DNA from: Lingula anatina
Taxonomy: Eukaryota > Animalia > Brachiopoda
Assembly: GCA_051362555.1 (NCBI GenBank)
Contig: CM120640.1
Coordinates: 47,098,788 to 47,162,787, forward strand
DNA length: 64,000 bases
Direction of reading: 5' to 3'
The translations under genes and the position numbers were made by a program. Each line of letters opens with the position of its first letter. Position 1 is the stretch's first letter. This document shows positions 1 through 11,600 of the stretch, in pieces. A model generated the notes under the pieces. The model was not told where the DNA came from. It worked only from the letters and a program-made list of their open reading frames with translations, and did not search any database.

Positions 1-97
1 TCCATACTAGAAGATATTTTGTTTGCACTAGCCTTCTTGCCCATTTAGCATTTATTTGCATACTGAAGCCAAAATGTAAAAGAACACTAACTAGACA

Positions 98-234
98 GTA
101 CAGCTCACCCTGAGCTTCAGACATAACTTGACACTAACCTCTTCACTATAGCCTATCTAACTTGACATGATGAAGATAGGCTAAAGTGAAAAGGTTAGTG
201 TCAAGTTATCTCTGAAGCTCAGGGTGGTACAGCT
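98..234. mobile_element. Foldback MITE (106-226) with ~53-bp terminal inverted repeats and an 8-bp target-site duplication
   Basis: GTACAGCT at 98-105 and 227-234 flanks CACCCTGAGCTTCAGAcATAACTTGACACTAACCtcTTCACTaTAGCCTATCT and its reverse complement ending ...TCTGAAGCTCAGGGTG (3 mismatches). 8-bp TSD with CA...TG ends fits hAT- or P-type DNA transposon derivatives. Confidence 0.85.
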
Positions 235-546
235 AAGCTCGCAAAAAAATCGAAAATTAACATCAAAATCCCATAACTAAATTTTAACTAATTGGCACAT
301 TTAACTAAACAATAAATTTTGTAAAAGTAATGAAATTAAACCGATCGTGCCGATTTTCAAAAGGAAGCTGACTTTCTACTGAACTAACCACCGAACTAAA
401 TTTCAGGTAAACAGGTGAACAATGGATGTGTTGGACGACAACAGACAGACACAACAACCAGAATGTATACTGACACGTACAGTGTCTGTATGTAATGTGA
501 CCGCAATAAAGTTGGTGGACTCTACATTACAAAGATCACAGCTTAC

Positions 547-2397
547 CAAACAGACCGCCAAAAGAGTCAAGGATACCCTGGAAAAAGCCAGAGAATTGGT
601 CCTTGAGACTGCCCAGGATGGCTTTGGCGTCGGTAACATATTTGCCGCCCATTTCCTTCAGTTGCGCGGTCAGGGTCTTGGCCTGTTCCAGAAGAGCTTT
701 TCCCACCTAGAAAAAATGAAAATCTTTATGCCTTGATGAGATAACATTAACTCACTGCACGCCGTTACATACAATAAGTGGCTTGATTTACCAAAGAATA
801 ATAATGAATAATAAAATGTTGTTATGAACAAAGATGAAGTGTTTTTTATGTGTAAATCTTCATCTGATACCTCTAATACTTTACAACATTATCCCATGTT
901 TATATATTCTGTATATTCTGTATGTAATATTATGTATTTAAAAAGGTAGAAATATCTTGTCGGTAATTATTCCAATTCTTAGTTATAATTCATAAACGTT
1001 GATATTCTCACAGAGTGACCAGTGGACAACAGGTTGTTGATTTTGTCGGTAACATTCTTCAACTTCTCCTCCAGAGTTTGTCCCAGGGCGGTGGTGGTAG
1101 CTCTCTCGAGACTGTAAAAGAAGAAAACGAGACGTATTGTGGTTATTGGCCCAGGTTACACAATAGATTGCTATTCTATATTTACCAAATGGAGCATAAG
1201 AGTATGCATCAAATGTAATTTAATTAGCTTCATCAAGGAAGTTTTATGGAACGTAACATTTAAAGTGTAAATTTAAATGAAATAAATAAACAAATGATAA
1301 AAAGATGAATTAAAAAAGGGGGCAATTTTTGTCTTAACTGAGGCGTATTTCATGATTGAAGTGGCATAATGCCAAAACAGCGACGCATTGGATTTGAACT
1401 TATCAGTGTGCAACGGCAAAGAACACCAGAAATTAAGATAATCTTACATGATAATCTTCGGGTCACGAAATATGTAACGTTCCAGTTTTTGCTCCTAATG
1501 GGTTCGTCCCACACAAATGCAACTTGCCCAGATACTGAACTCTCAGCATACTACATGACACGATCAATTTTGTGAAGGGGTGTGAGAGTAGGGACAGTTG
1601 GAGAGGATTAAGTTCAATGCCGCCGGAGTTAAATATAATCACTAAGTATAGTTTTGAATAAAAGCGTGCAGAGGGTTTAGTTGTGACTTCATGTGAAAAG
1701 GATTTAGGGCCATGCTTTTATTATGAAATAACTCAAATGTTTTAGGGTGTCTTTCCGTCATGTTCAAAAAAGATTTACGTTTAATGTGAAAGAATGGTAA
1801 TAAACTTTTTGTCATATATTTTGGGACTATAACGTCTAAGTTCCACTGTAATGTTTGCAATTTTAAAAGATTTTTGTGATTTGATCTTATAATGAAAGTT
1901 TACATGTAGTTATGTACAAATCTTCGTGTGGAAATAGGCTTTAGTTGTAGACAGTTTCAAAACATGTCACATAGTGAGCCACTGACAGTCAACATATATT
2001 CATCCTTAATTATTTTTTCCCAGACAAAATGTGACTTTAATTCGTCGTAAAATCGCTTTTTGATATTTACTTACATGTTGGTCTCACGCGCCTCGCGGGC
2101 AGAGTGGATCTCATTGACCATAGCAGAGATCTCATTGTCCAGATTCACTAGAAAATTAACAAGATGCGGCTTCACTAAATTTAAATAAAATAAAACGCCC
2201 AGATTAAAAAAACAGTAAGGTAAATTTATATGATTAAAATATACGAATCCAATTTTGGAAACTGGATCATGAAGGTTGAAGTAACGAAAAACATTGCATT
2301 CCATTCGTTTACCAGTATTATGAAAGTTCTTACACTGGACGAAGTCTGCCTGGGCACCAACAAAGGCGGCAACGAGGAAAAAAGCGAGGAATTTCAT
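547..2397 (-). CDS. Secreted amphipathic-helical protein precursor, 3'-incomplete (continues past position 1)
   Basis: Coding exons 2397-2334, 2147-2075, 1111-1012, 706-547, all GT-AG with consistent phases 1,2,0,1. Translation: MKFLAFFLVAAFVGAQA-DFVQLNLDNEISAMVNEIHSAREARETNILERATTTALGQTLEEKLKNVTDKINNLLSTGHSVGKALLEQAKTLTAQLKEMGGKYVTDAKAILGSLKDQFSGFFQGILDSFGGLF... Signal peptide ends in A-Q-A; donor GTAAGC at 546. Confidence 0.85.
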
Positions 2398-2888
2398 GTC
2401 TGGAAATGAAAAACGTTCAATTACAACCTGCAAATTTTACATCTATGTCGATCCAGATAAAGTGCGTTCCCAGAGATTCAAAGTGGCGACAGCAACTATC
2501 CTCTAACCGACATAACGGCGCACTTTCCGTCGTTTTTTTTTTTTTTTTTTTTTTTTTTCAATCAGAAACGGCAAACAGCTAGTGTATGTTTGACTGACGG
2601 ATAATAATTGCAAGGCTCTTAAACACTCCTTTAAAATCAAAGCGACACAGTAGATCTAATGGAATATCTCAACAGCAAAGTCGTACATTTTTCGTGACAT
2701 TTAACCTATTACGTTATTTTAGATTATCAAAGTTTTCCGTCACTTACGCTCAACTACAATTTACACTAAAGGTGATACAACGCACAACTTATATTTTGAA
2801 CTGGTAAAAACGTGAAGAGCAAGACTACCGTTAAGAATTGAATTAAACCTTTAATTGTAATTGAGTACGTTCGCTACAATAACCTCAC

Positions 2889-2945
2889 CTGTCTTGGTAC
2901 GATTTAGACGAGAGTGAAAGATCGGTGGAACCCTGCCCTTAAATA
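2889..2945 (-). promoter_or_regulatory. Core promoter (TATA + Inr) and ~27-nt non-coding first exon of the secreted-protein gene
   Basis: Minus strand TATTTAAG (2945-2938), Inr-like TCACTC with A at 2915 (30 nt downstream), donor CAG|GTGAG at 2889/2888, and acceptor TTTCCAG|ACATG just before the ATG at 2397. Confidence 0.65.
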
Positions 2946-3604
2946 GTGACGGGACTAGTGGTTATATCACAAGAAACCATGTAAAGTCCACAAAAATTAC
3001 ATAAGATTTGCAGAGGACATCATGATTCTTGTTCACATCGCACACTCCCAGAGGATGACCTATCACTGGACGTGTAGGGTTAAATGGTCAAACATGATCA
3101 TAATTCACCCCCTAAATTTAACAGAGGTAAGATTTACCCAATCACAAATTAACATCGGTAAGTGTTTAAATCTAACATTTAAAAAACCTGGTACACTCAT
3201 AAGGATGCAGTAAATTTTGCGTCTGATCTTTAATGGTAACCATGTATATTTTTTCAATTTAAAAAAAAAGGTAAATGTCATGTGGTTGCTTTGGCCACGT
3301 ACAAACATACATTCTCACGCTAGAGAAAAAAATAAGGGATATTAATGTGCCAACACACGAATGCCAAACAAAAAAAGGGTATTTATTTTTGTATCTCCCC
3401 CTTCCATGATATCATATATTCAACAGTGAAGATGAACATGCAGTTAGCAATGTATATGCATGCTCTGTTTTTCAACGTTAATATCCTGTAGCCTCTTTTA
3501 TCAATTGTAAAGTAAAACAACAAACTTTTAATGAAATATTTTATTTTTTGACAGTAACAAATTTCTCTATTGATGAAATAGATAGTATGAAAATCCTTTT
3601 TCAA

Positions 3605-6600
3605 TCACATTGTTTCTAAAGTTGCTTCCTTCTTTAATATGATTTCAGCATCTTTCTCATAAATTGGTTCAGGACTTGACTCCCAAAAAGTTCTTTGAAC
3701 TTCCCCTAAATTGCATGCTGGGAAACAGTGAATAGAAGTGTTGTTGAAAATGTCATCATGAACAAAGTTGTTTTTCAATGGAACTTCTGTGACGTAAGGT
3801 AAAATCTTGGTGACAGTCAAGGATTTTTTTTTTGTTCAACTTATTGATAATTATTTTTGTTAACAAAGGATGAGAATATAAAGTCTTGTGATCAGCACAC
3901 TTAATTGTTATTGTGAAGATAAAAATGGCTTTGTTTGATGATGATTTACTACAATTAACTAAAATAAAATGTAAGATGAGAAAAATGTGATTTTGCAACA
4001 GTTGTCAAAAAGGATACTTTAATTATGTAACTAGCTTCTTCCTCCATTATTCTGTGAGGTATACTGAAACAAGGATTCCAATTAAAATTTTTTTGCAAAA
4101 ACATTATAAGCGGTCCATTTCACAGCAGTATTGCAGGTGCACTAAACTATGATAACAAGCATGTTTACAACTTGACTAACTTAGAAAATAAGTGGACTGT
4201 GTACTTTAGTAAATAAATCAGACCTGTTATAAGCAACCCTTGGCTTCAGTTTAGTGCAGATGAAACACACTTTACTATTCAAGTTTATTAAGTGCACATT
4301 GCTAATATGTAACAAGGCAGCAAAGCTGTCAAATGTACAGACAAAGAACAGAAAATAAAGATGCAAATAAGTGAAAAATTAAATTTTCACAAAAAAATGT
4401 TAAATTGGCAGAAAAATTTACCAAACAGACTGCCTTGCCTATTGAAGCTGTATGTTAGACCCATGTTTCTTTCCTGTAAGTTTGAGAACAGTAAGTGACA
4501 TGATTTCCCTTAAATGGTCATCATAGGAGCAGTGCCCAAAATAGGGGTTTCTTCAAATTTTGATGCAACATTACATAATGTTTAACAGCATAATGACAAT
4601 CAAATGTTATTAATAAAATATTAGTAACATGGACATTCAGAAAATGTGACAAGCTAAAGTCTTCAAGATCATGGAACTTTAAAGTCACACCTTGAAAATG
4701 CCAATATGTGAAAAATCAAATTTTCACAAAAAAACTGTTTAACTGCCAAAAAAAAAAAATAAATAAATAAAAATACCAAACAGACTGCATTGCCTACTGA
4801 AGCTGTATTTTAGTCCCATGTTTCTTTCCTGTAAGTTTGAGAACAGTAAGTGACATGATTTTCCTTAAATGGTCATCATGGAAGCAGTGCCCAAAATAGG
4901 GGTTTCTTCAAATTTTGATGCAATATTACATAATGTTTAACAGCTTAATGACCATCAATTTTTAATTATAAAATATTTGTTTCACAGATATTCAGAAAAT
5001 GTGACTAGCAAAGGTCTTCAGGCCCATGGAACTTCAAAGTCACTCCTTGAAAATGCCAAAATGTAAACAAGACAGCACTGTTCTGAAATGGGTTTATTTC
5101 CATTTTTAACACTTTTTTAACATAAAACAAAATAAACATTTTACTGCCATTTTATATGACCAACTAAGAAAATTGATGAGATGGGAAAAGTATCAATAGA
5201 ACAGTGTTAAATGTCCAATTTCCTCCATTCTGAGATTCTGAACATAGTGGATGATTGAATCTGACAAACTGCAATGATATGAGTTTATTTCCATTTTTGA
5301 CACTTTATTACACAATACATGATAACAAGTTTACCATGTTTTTTACATAATCAACTAACAATGTTGTAAAGATGCAGGAAATATCAAACAAACACTTTTA
5401 GGCATCTTATTAGTTAAATAATGAGACTGTTAACATGCCTAATAATTGAATCTGAGGAAATGTGAAAAACAGTATAACTTCTAAAATAATGGCCCGATTA
5501 TGCTGATTTTCGAAATCAACCTGCTTTTTAGTAAGATTGACCACTCCTGTGAGTATAATTACAATTGGCCAATCCGTTTTTCTTATATTGTGTTATCAGT
5601 GTTGTATTTATATTGAAAATAGTGAAAAAACAGAATAAATTCCCTAAAAATGGCCCAACCATGCTGATTTTCGAACTTGACCTGCGTATTATGAATATTC
5701 ATCAGTTCTGTAAGTTTCAAGTCAAAAGATAAAATGGTTTTCCACTTATCATGTTATTGGTGCTGCATATATGCTGAAAAAAGTGAAAAAACAGCATAAA
5801 TTCCCTAAAAGTGACCCGATCATGCTGATTTTCGAACTTGACCTGCGTATTATGAATATTCATCAGTTCTGTAAGTTTCAAGTCAAAAGGTAAAATGGTT
5901 TTCCACTTATCGTGTTATCGGTGCTGCATATATGCTGAAAAAAGTGAAAAAACAGCATAAATTCCCTAAAAGTGACCCGATCATGCTGATTTTCGAACTT
6001 GACCTGCGTATTATGAATATTCATCAGTTCTGCAAGTTTCAAGTCAAAAGGTAAAATGGTTTTCCACTTATCGTGTTATCGGTAAAAGTGCACGACGGCG
6101 ACGACGGCGACGACAGACGCAGATGATGGCTATATGTACAGACACATCTGTGTCTGTACATAAAAAGAAAACAGTACTGCAGAAGACTTTAAAAAACACT
6201 CTATTAATGACGCACTGTCAATTTCAAGATGAATATGTATGGCATTTAGTAACTGTAATAGTCTCATAAATCAAAACAGAGGTCTTCCAAATAAAAAGTA
6301 ATAATGTAAAATAATGTTTTTTTTTCACTCACTTCAGTTCCATATTCTTAAAGCTGTTCCCAACAATGATCACATTCTGCAGTAGCCTGGCTTTCCAGTT
6401 TGCCCACAGGAGATTGTTGTACATTGGCTTACCACAGTGGAGCATCAGGAATATGGTCAAGCCTTCAGCTCGTCTTTTCCCTTCCTAGAAATAAACAGGT
6501 GTCAATCAGTAGTACATGTATTATGTGTGATAAAGTAACAACAAATGTTTAGCAAATGTTTAGAAATCATCCACCGAGCAGCATAAGCAACTGATACAAA

Positions 6601-7112
6601 TTGTGATCTTGCTTGTAATATGGAACAACTAAAATAACTTGGCGGAAGTGAAATATAGATTTAAGACCCTTCATTACCTGAAGAAAATGAAAAACACAAC
6701 AGAAGAAAACATTTCATCCTCTCATGAATGACATATATTTGAATCTACCTTTCGTTTGATAAAAATATTTATTTTTCATGACAATTTTATTGTTGGATAA
6801 ACAAAACAAACAAAAAACAAACAAATACCAGTATCTGAATTTGTTAAGAATACAAAAGACATGTTATTCCAGCAATGGTAAGCACTGCTGTGTGGACAGC
6901 GCTGCACTTTATTTTACCTCATTAACTGTGATTAGAGAACAACCCAAGGAATTTAATGCTCTTATCTCTGTTTTGGAAAACATAGGGTCATACAAGTGTA
7001 TTCTTTCACTGGGAATCTGAAACAGAGATAATTCCATATTTAAAATCACTACACTACACTACACTACACTACACTACACTACACACGCACGCACGCACGC
7101 ACGCACGCACGC

Positions 7113-7144
<32 letters not shown>

Positions 7145-8465
7145 GGTTATTGTGAAATGATTCATTATTCAATTTAAGCTTTTACCAACAATAAAATATT
7201 TTTAGTCAACCAAATAAAAAATAATCTTAAACATATCAAATCCCAGTTTTGTGTAAACATGAACAAAAAAAATGAACAGCTTGCCTGAAATTCCTGTCTT
7301 ATACAAAGCAACAATCCTAGCTGGTATCTTGCTATCAAACAGGATGCAAAATTGCCTATCCCATAGCAAACCACTGTCACACATTTTTGATGATCTGCAT
7401 CGTGGATGTCTTTGACTGATTCTATTGTTTTCTTCAAATTATCAGATAAATTCTTGTAAAATGGGCTGCAGAGCAGTTCTACACTGAAATAAGAGAAACA
7501 AGACCATTGATTCAGATTAAAACATACAATTTGATTCAGGATTATACAACAACTATAATGCAGAAAAATACATATAATATGGATAACGTAACAGTATACA
7601 TGTATGAGTACCATGCAAGTATGTGCTGGTAAATTGTTAAAATAGGCAAGACTCAATGCAATGAATCCATACAAATATATTACAATGGCCTTTTCATGAT
7701 TGTTACATTAGTTTACTCTGCTACATATTTGTGGCACTGCATGCAAGTATAAAGCAGAAGGAATGCACACAGGGAACAGTCATTAATGTGTTGCTGATCA
7801 CGTGTCCTGCATAAATATGAGCCAAAACAGGAAGCCTCAAATTTGTTTTCTGCTGATAACTTCCAAATAAAATAAAACTTTTTTCAAAATAATTTATGAA
7901 AGGAAAAACAAAAATATAATTTTTTGAAAGTCAAAACACAAATATGATTGAGAGATATGTGATATGTGATTTACATGAAAATGTAAAGGTAGAATACTGT
8001 TAAAAATTTTCAACTGTGGAAACGGCTATGTGGTACTAGTATCTGCATTGTGCATATTTGGTAAGTGTACTGTAAAATTTGAATCATTCTTACCACACCC
8101 CTTGTTTTTTTACTAAAGTTCCCCATTACATTTATTTCTAAATTAATTTATATATAATTTCGATGTGTTATTATAATAAATTATTATTTATTTTTGCTGA
8201 ATGTAAACTCAAATCTGCTGCTTTTTATTCTTGCTTTTAAAAACACCCAAGATATCTATGGTGGCAGACGTATTATATAACACACATTCTACCTGCAGTT
8301 CTGAATCCGTTCTATCAAGCTATCCAAATTCTCATCACTGCCACCATCACCATCATCGTCTCTGTCAACACTGCACCGATCTTGCTGACGTTTGCAAGGT
8401 CGTTTATTTGCTGTACCCTTTCCCTTCTTCTTCCTAGCGACAAGTTGAAATCCGTCTTCGCTCAT
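3605..8465 (-). CDS. SRRD: SRR1-like protein (SRR1 domain), 6 coding exons, ~289 aa
   Basis: Exons 8465-8293, 7483-7285, 7016-6918, 6484-6333, 4063-4018, 3805-3605 give 870 nt in frame. SRR1 motifs: VCYGIGNFASCLIARYQL, LYDPMFS, NEEGKR, HCGKPMYNNLLWANW, IIVGNSF, DIFNNTSIHCFP. Confidence 0.93.
3806..4017 (-). other. U12-type (minor spliceosome) GT-AG intron, last intron of SRRD
   Basis: 5' splice site GTATCCTTT, branch point TCCTTGAC (3823-3816) about 12 nt from the 3' AG, no polypyrimidine tract; its removal restores the SRR1 frame (..SYIIK|ILPY..). Confidence 0.88.
4371..5064. repeat. Two tandem copies of a ~340-355-bp unit inside the HINE-like element
   Basis: CCAAACAGACTGC...CCATGTTTCTTTCCTGTAAGTTTGAGAACAGTAAGTGACATG...CCTTGAAAATGCCAA occurs from ~4421 and again from ~4776. 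Confidence 0.85.
5461..6082. repeat. Tandem array of ~4 copies of a 161-bp satellite-like monomer
   Basis: ATGCTGATTTTCGAA anchor at 5500, 5661, 5822 and 5983 (period 161); last three copies near-identical, first diverged. Confidence 0.9.
7017..7284 (-). other. GC-AG intron (SRRD intron 2)
   Basis: Exon 2 ends ..QEFQ at CAG|GCAAGC; phase 0 matches the next exon TTTCAG|ATTCCC (IPSERIHLYDP). Confidence 0.75.
7047..7144. repeat. Compound microsatellite (CACTA)n(CACG)n(CA)n
   Basis: Directly visible; lies in SRRD intron 2. Confidence 0.95.
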
Positions 8466-8660
8466 TTTTAATTGGACAAAAAAGCAGGGAACAGTTGGGA
8501 TAATAGTTTACTAACAACAACAACATGACACATGTGCTGACCTTGAAGAATGAAAATGGAAAATAATACCAAACAGATACTAAAGTAGCTTGTCTTGTAT
8601 ACGGGTGCGAAGCTCTTTTATAGCGATTCTTAAAATTTCGCAAAGACAAACTTTAGTAAA
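8466..8660. promoter_or_regulatory. Short bidirectional promoter between SRRD and HIRIP3
   Basis: Divergent ATGs at 8465 (-) and 8661 (+) separated by 195 bp; CpGs locally more frequent than in the flanking gene bodies. Confidence 0.7.
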
Positions 8661-11600
8661 ATGGAAAAATTCATCACGAATCTTTTTCAACACACCGAAA
8701 ATCTAGGGTATGTTAGGAGTCTTTTTTATATTGTCGTATTTCAATTTTCATGGTTTATTGTGACGAAAGTTTAGAACGTTTGCAGTAAGATAGATGTACC
8801 TCTTTTCTCTTATCTTTAATTTTGTTTTTCGCGCCTTTTAAGTTTTACTGCTGATAATGATATAAAACGTTACAAATTTCTTGTGGTAAATGTTAACGTT
8901 GATATTGAACTTTTTAGAACTTTGATGGGATCCTAAGAGTGGTCGGTCACAGGTTACTAGTCACAATTGACACAAGTGTATATCGCCAGGAAAAGCTCTA
9001 GATACTGATACCCACATGTACTAGTACCAGTACATGTACTAGTATGCTTGGACCAAAGTCTTACTAGTATACCAATATAGCACTAAATTCCATGTATACA
9101 TTCCTGTTAGTAGTACACTGTATCATCACATGTGTAACCTCTTCATAGTTATTTGTATACATTGTAGTTTTAGGCTAAAAAATTACAATTGTACCTTCCC
9201 TGTAAATGTACGTTGAGTCCCATTGTTTTTCAAGCCACCAGCTTGATCCATGCATTGTAGTCCCATCAGTCTCTAGTTCACAGTTTCTCTTTCTTGCAGT
9301 CCTATCCTATGTTCAAAAATTCATGAATTTTTAGGCCAACAGTGAACACATATACACACACTTAACTTGGCTCTCAGCAATCATATAATATATGAGTGCA
9401 CAGTACATATATGTACATGTACATGTACATCCTCAGTACCCCCAGTATATGCTAGAGACAAATATTTACATCTTTGTGTTTAAAAAAAAAAACAAACAGT
9501 AAATTAGTAAGGTTATAAATCCACTACTACAGGGATGGATGGAAGCTGTCTTCTGGGTCTTCTAGAAGATGATCAGAATTTTTCAGTATTGATGAATCAA
9601 CTTAGATAATTTGAAAGACTGTCAGAAAGTGTCACTGGATTTGCCATTGTACTATAAGGGAATTCTATGGCAATGGAGGTCAGTTCCCTTCCCTGAGAGC
9701 ATGTGGAATTTATGTGCACACATTAGAAACTGGTGACAAACTTTGTTTTTTCAAGAGAATTCATTACAGAAAGATCTGCTGTACTTAGCTGCTTCAAACC
9801 AAGGAAGTACAGGTATTAGTAGATACATGTGTCTAGAAGCACGTGTACCGGTAACAAGCTCTATGCTAAGGTTGAAAGAAAAAACAGCAATTAAACATGA
9901 ATTATATGTTATATGTGTAATAAGTGAGGTTAAATGAATTTTTAAGGAACAGAAACATCATTTTCTTTATTTGTAGGTCATTGACTAGAAGGATTGTCCG
10001 TGAGAAGTATGAGGCTCACATTGGCAGAGGTCTGGTGTCAGTAGAGGAGAAGGACCAACTGAAGGCAACAATAATGAAAGCATTATCAGAAATTGTAAGA
10101 AACAGTGCATCACAGAGAGAGAGAGAGAGAGAGGGTTTTTTTTTGTCAGTTGGAAAAAGTTAAATTTTCAGAAAATGTAATAAACTCATGCCATACCTTT
10201 TACAGTTGGAATTTACAACTTACTTTAAAAGTTGAAGAATAGCAGGAAGTGCAAAAATGTACTGAATTTTTGAAACTTATCAGTAATGCTGCATACTTAT
10301 GTCAGCTTTGTTTAATACAGATATTTACCTGTATTCACGTGTAAACCGTGATCAAAAATGCTACTTATGCTGTATATATTTTATGCTGCTCATTAAGTTA
10401 AAGTACTATTCTTGACTTCCTGTATACCAAACTATAACAATCCTTCGCAGGTCAGGCTGTGTCAGAGGCGACATTTATTAGAGTGGCAAACTGTTTCACA
10501 AGGAATTCCAATACAATCATATCCTGTGCCTGATGGCCATTTCCTACTTGAAGCACATGTCCTCAGGCTCTTGGCATTGTAGATTTTCTATTATCTGAAT
10601 ATAATTTTGGGAGTTCAGTTTGCAGTGGTTGAGCAGATTGTGTTCTCGTTACTGTTACACACAAATATCTTTTAGGCATGTCAAAGATGAGAATGGAATT
10701 TGTTTGTAGGCTTGAAGTGTTTTAGTGTTTATTAACAGTTTGAACAATAGCTGATCTTAGGCTTAATCTGGTACACTGGGAGAGAAAAAATGTGTATGTT
10801 AAGCAAGTTTTACAAGGACTGAATTACAGTTAACAGCTTTATCAATAGCTGATCACAGACTGAATTTCTATTAGAATGGTTAAGAATAAATTCAGTTTCA
10901 TAATATTCCTTTTTATCTACATGTACTACCACTGGTTTAATTAATTGGTATAAATAATCCTTAGTTTCTGTTTGTCAGATCAATACTTCAATACAAAATG
11001 TTTTCTCTTTATGCCCATAAGCCATTACACCCAGCTTACCCCCTGAAGGACATATATTTTATGTTTTAATATTAGTTGAAATGTCAAAGGGATAGTTTGC
11101 ATATAATGGCACACGATTGGCCCTGAGCTTCTCCCTCTCAGTGGTACCGGCAGATACTCCAGCCATAAAACTTCAGTCTCATTTCCTGCTGTTCATTTGG
11201 TGTGAACCTGGGTGAGAATGAGAGAGATGGGTCTCTTTCAAGGGTAGCCAAACACTTTAACTGTTTCAGTATAGATTTGTGTTAAGAATCACATTTGTAA
11301 CTGGTACAAATGAGTAAATATCAGGAAGTATGTTACATGGCAAAGTTGATCTTAAAAGGATGATCCTTTATGAGAATATTCTTATTTTTTTCAGGATGAG
11401 AATTTCAGTTTTTGTAAAATGCGACATGGAAATGATTAATTAGATATGCTGAAAATGTTTTATTTTATTTTTAGGCATCCAGGAATGGTTGCAAGGAACG
11501 TGAAAACCAGGATCTGAATGAAGGAATCAAAGAGAAAAATGAAGAGAAACAGGTGATAACATTCTTTTTTACCCCATTGCTTTAAATTTGTTAAAATTTC

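Larger units (their letters stand above)
4311..6165. mobile_element. Non-autonomous Helentron/HINE (DINE-1-like) element with internal tandem repeats, in SRRD intron 4
   Basis: One end: AACAAG, small hairpin GGCAGC-AAA-GCTGTC, subterminal ATGTACAGACA (4333-4343). Other end: GACGGC/GAC simple repeat, perfect 14-bp palindrome TATGTACAGACACA-TC-TGTGTCTGTACATA (6133-6162) containing the inverted subterminal motif, then an A run. No TSD or transposase ORF seen. Confidence 0.7.

Noticed and set aside
422-736. 104-aa plus-strand ORF (and 1015-1218)
   Set aside because: Antisense shadows of exons of the minus-strand secreted-protein gene.
5461-6082. Regular repeat array considered as CRISPR-like
   Set aside because: Whole 161-bp units repeat with no unique spacers; eukaryotic intron and no cas genes.
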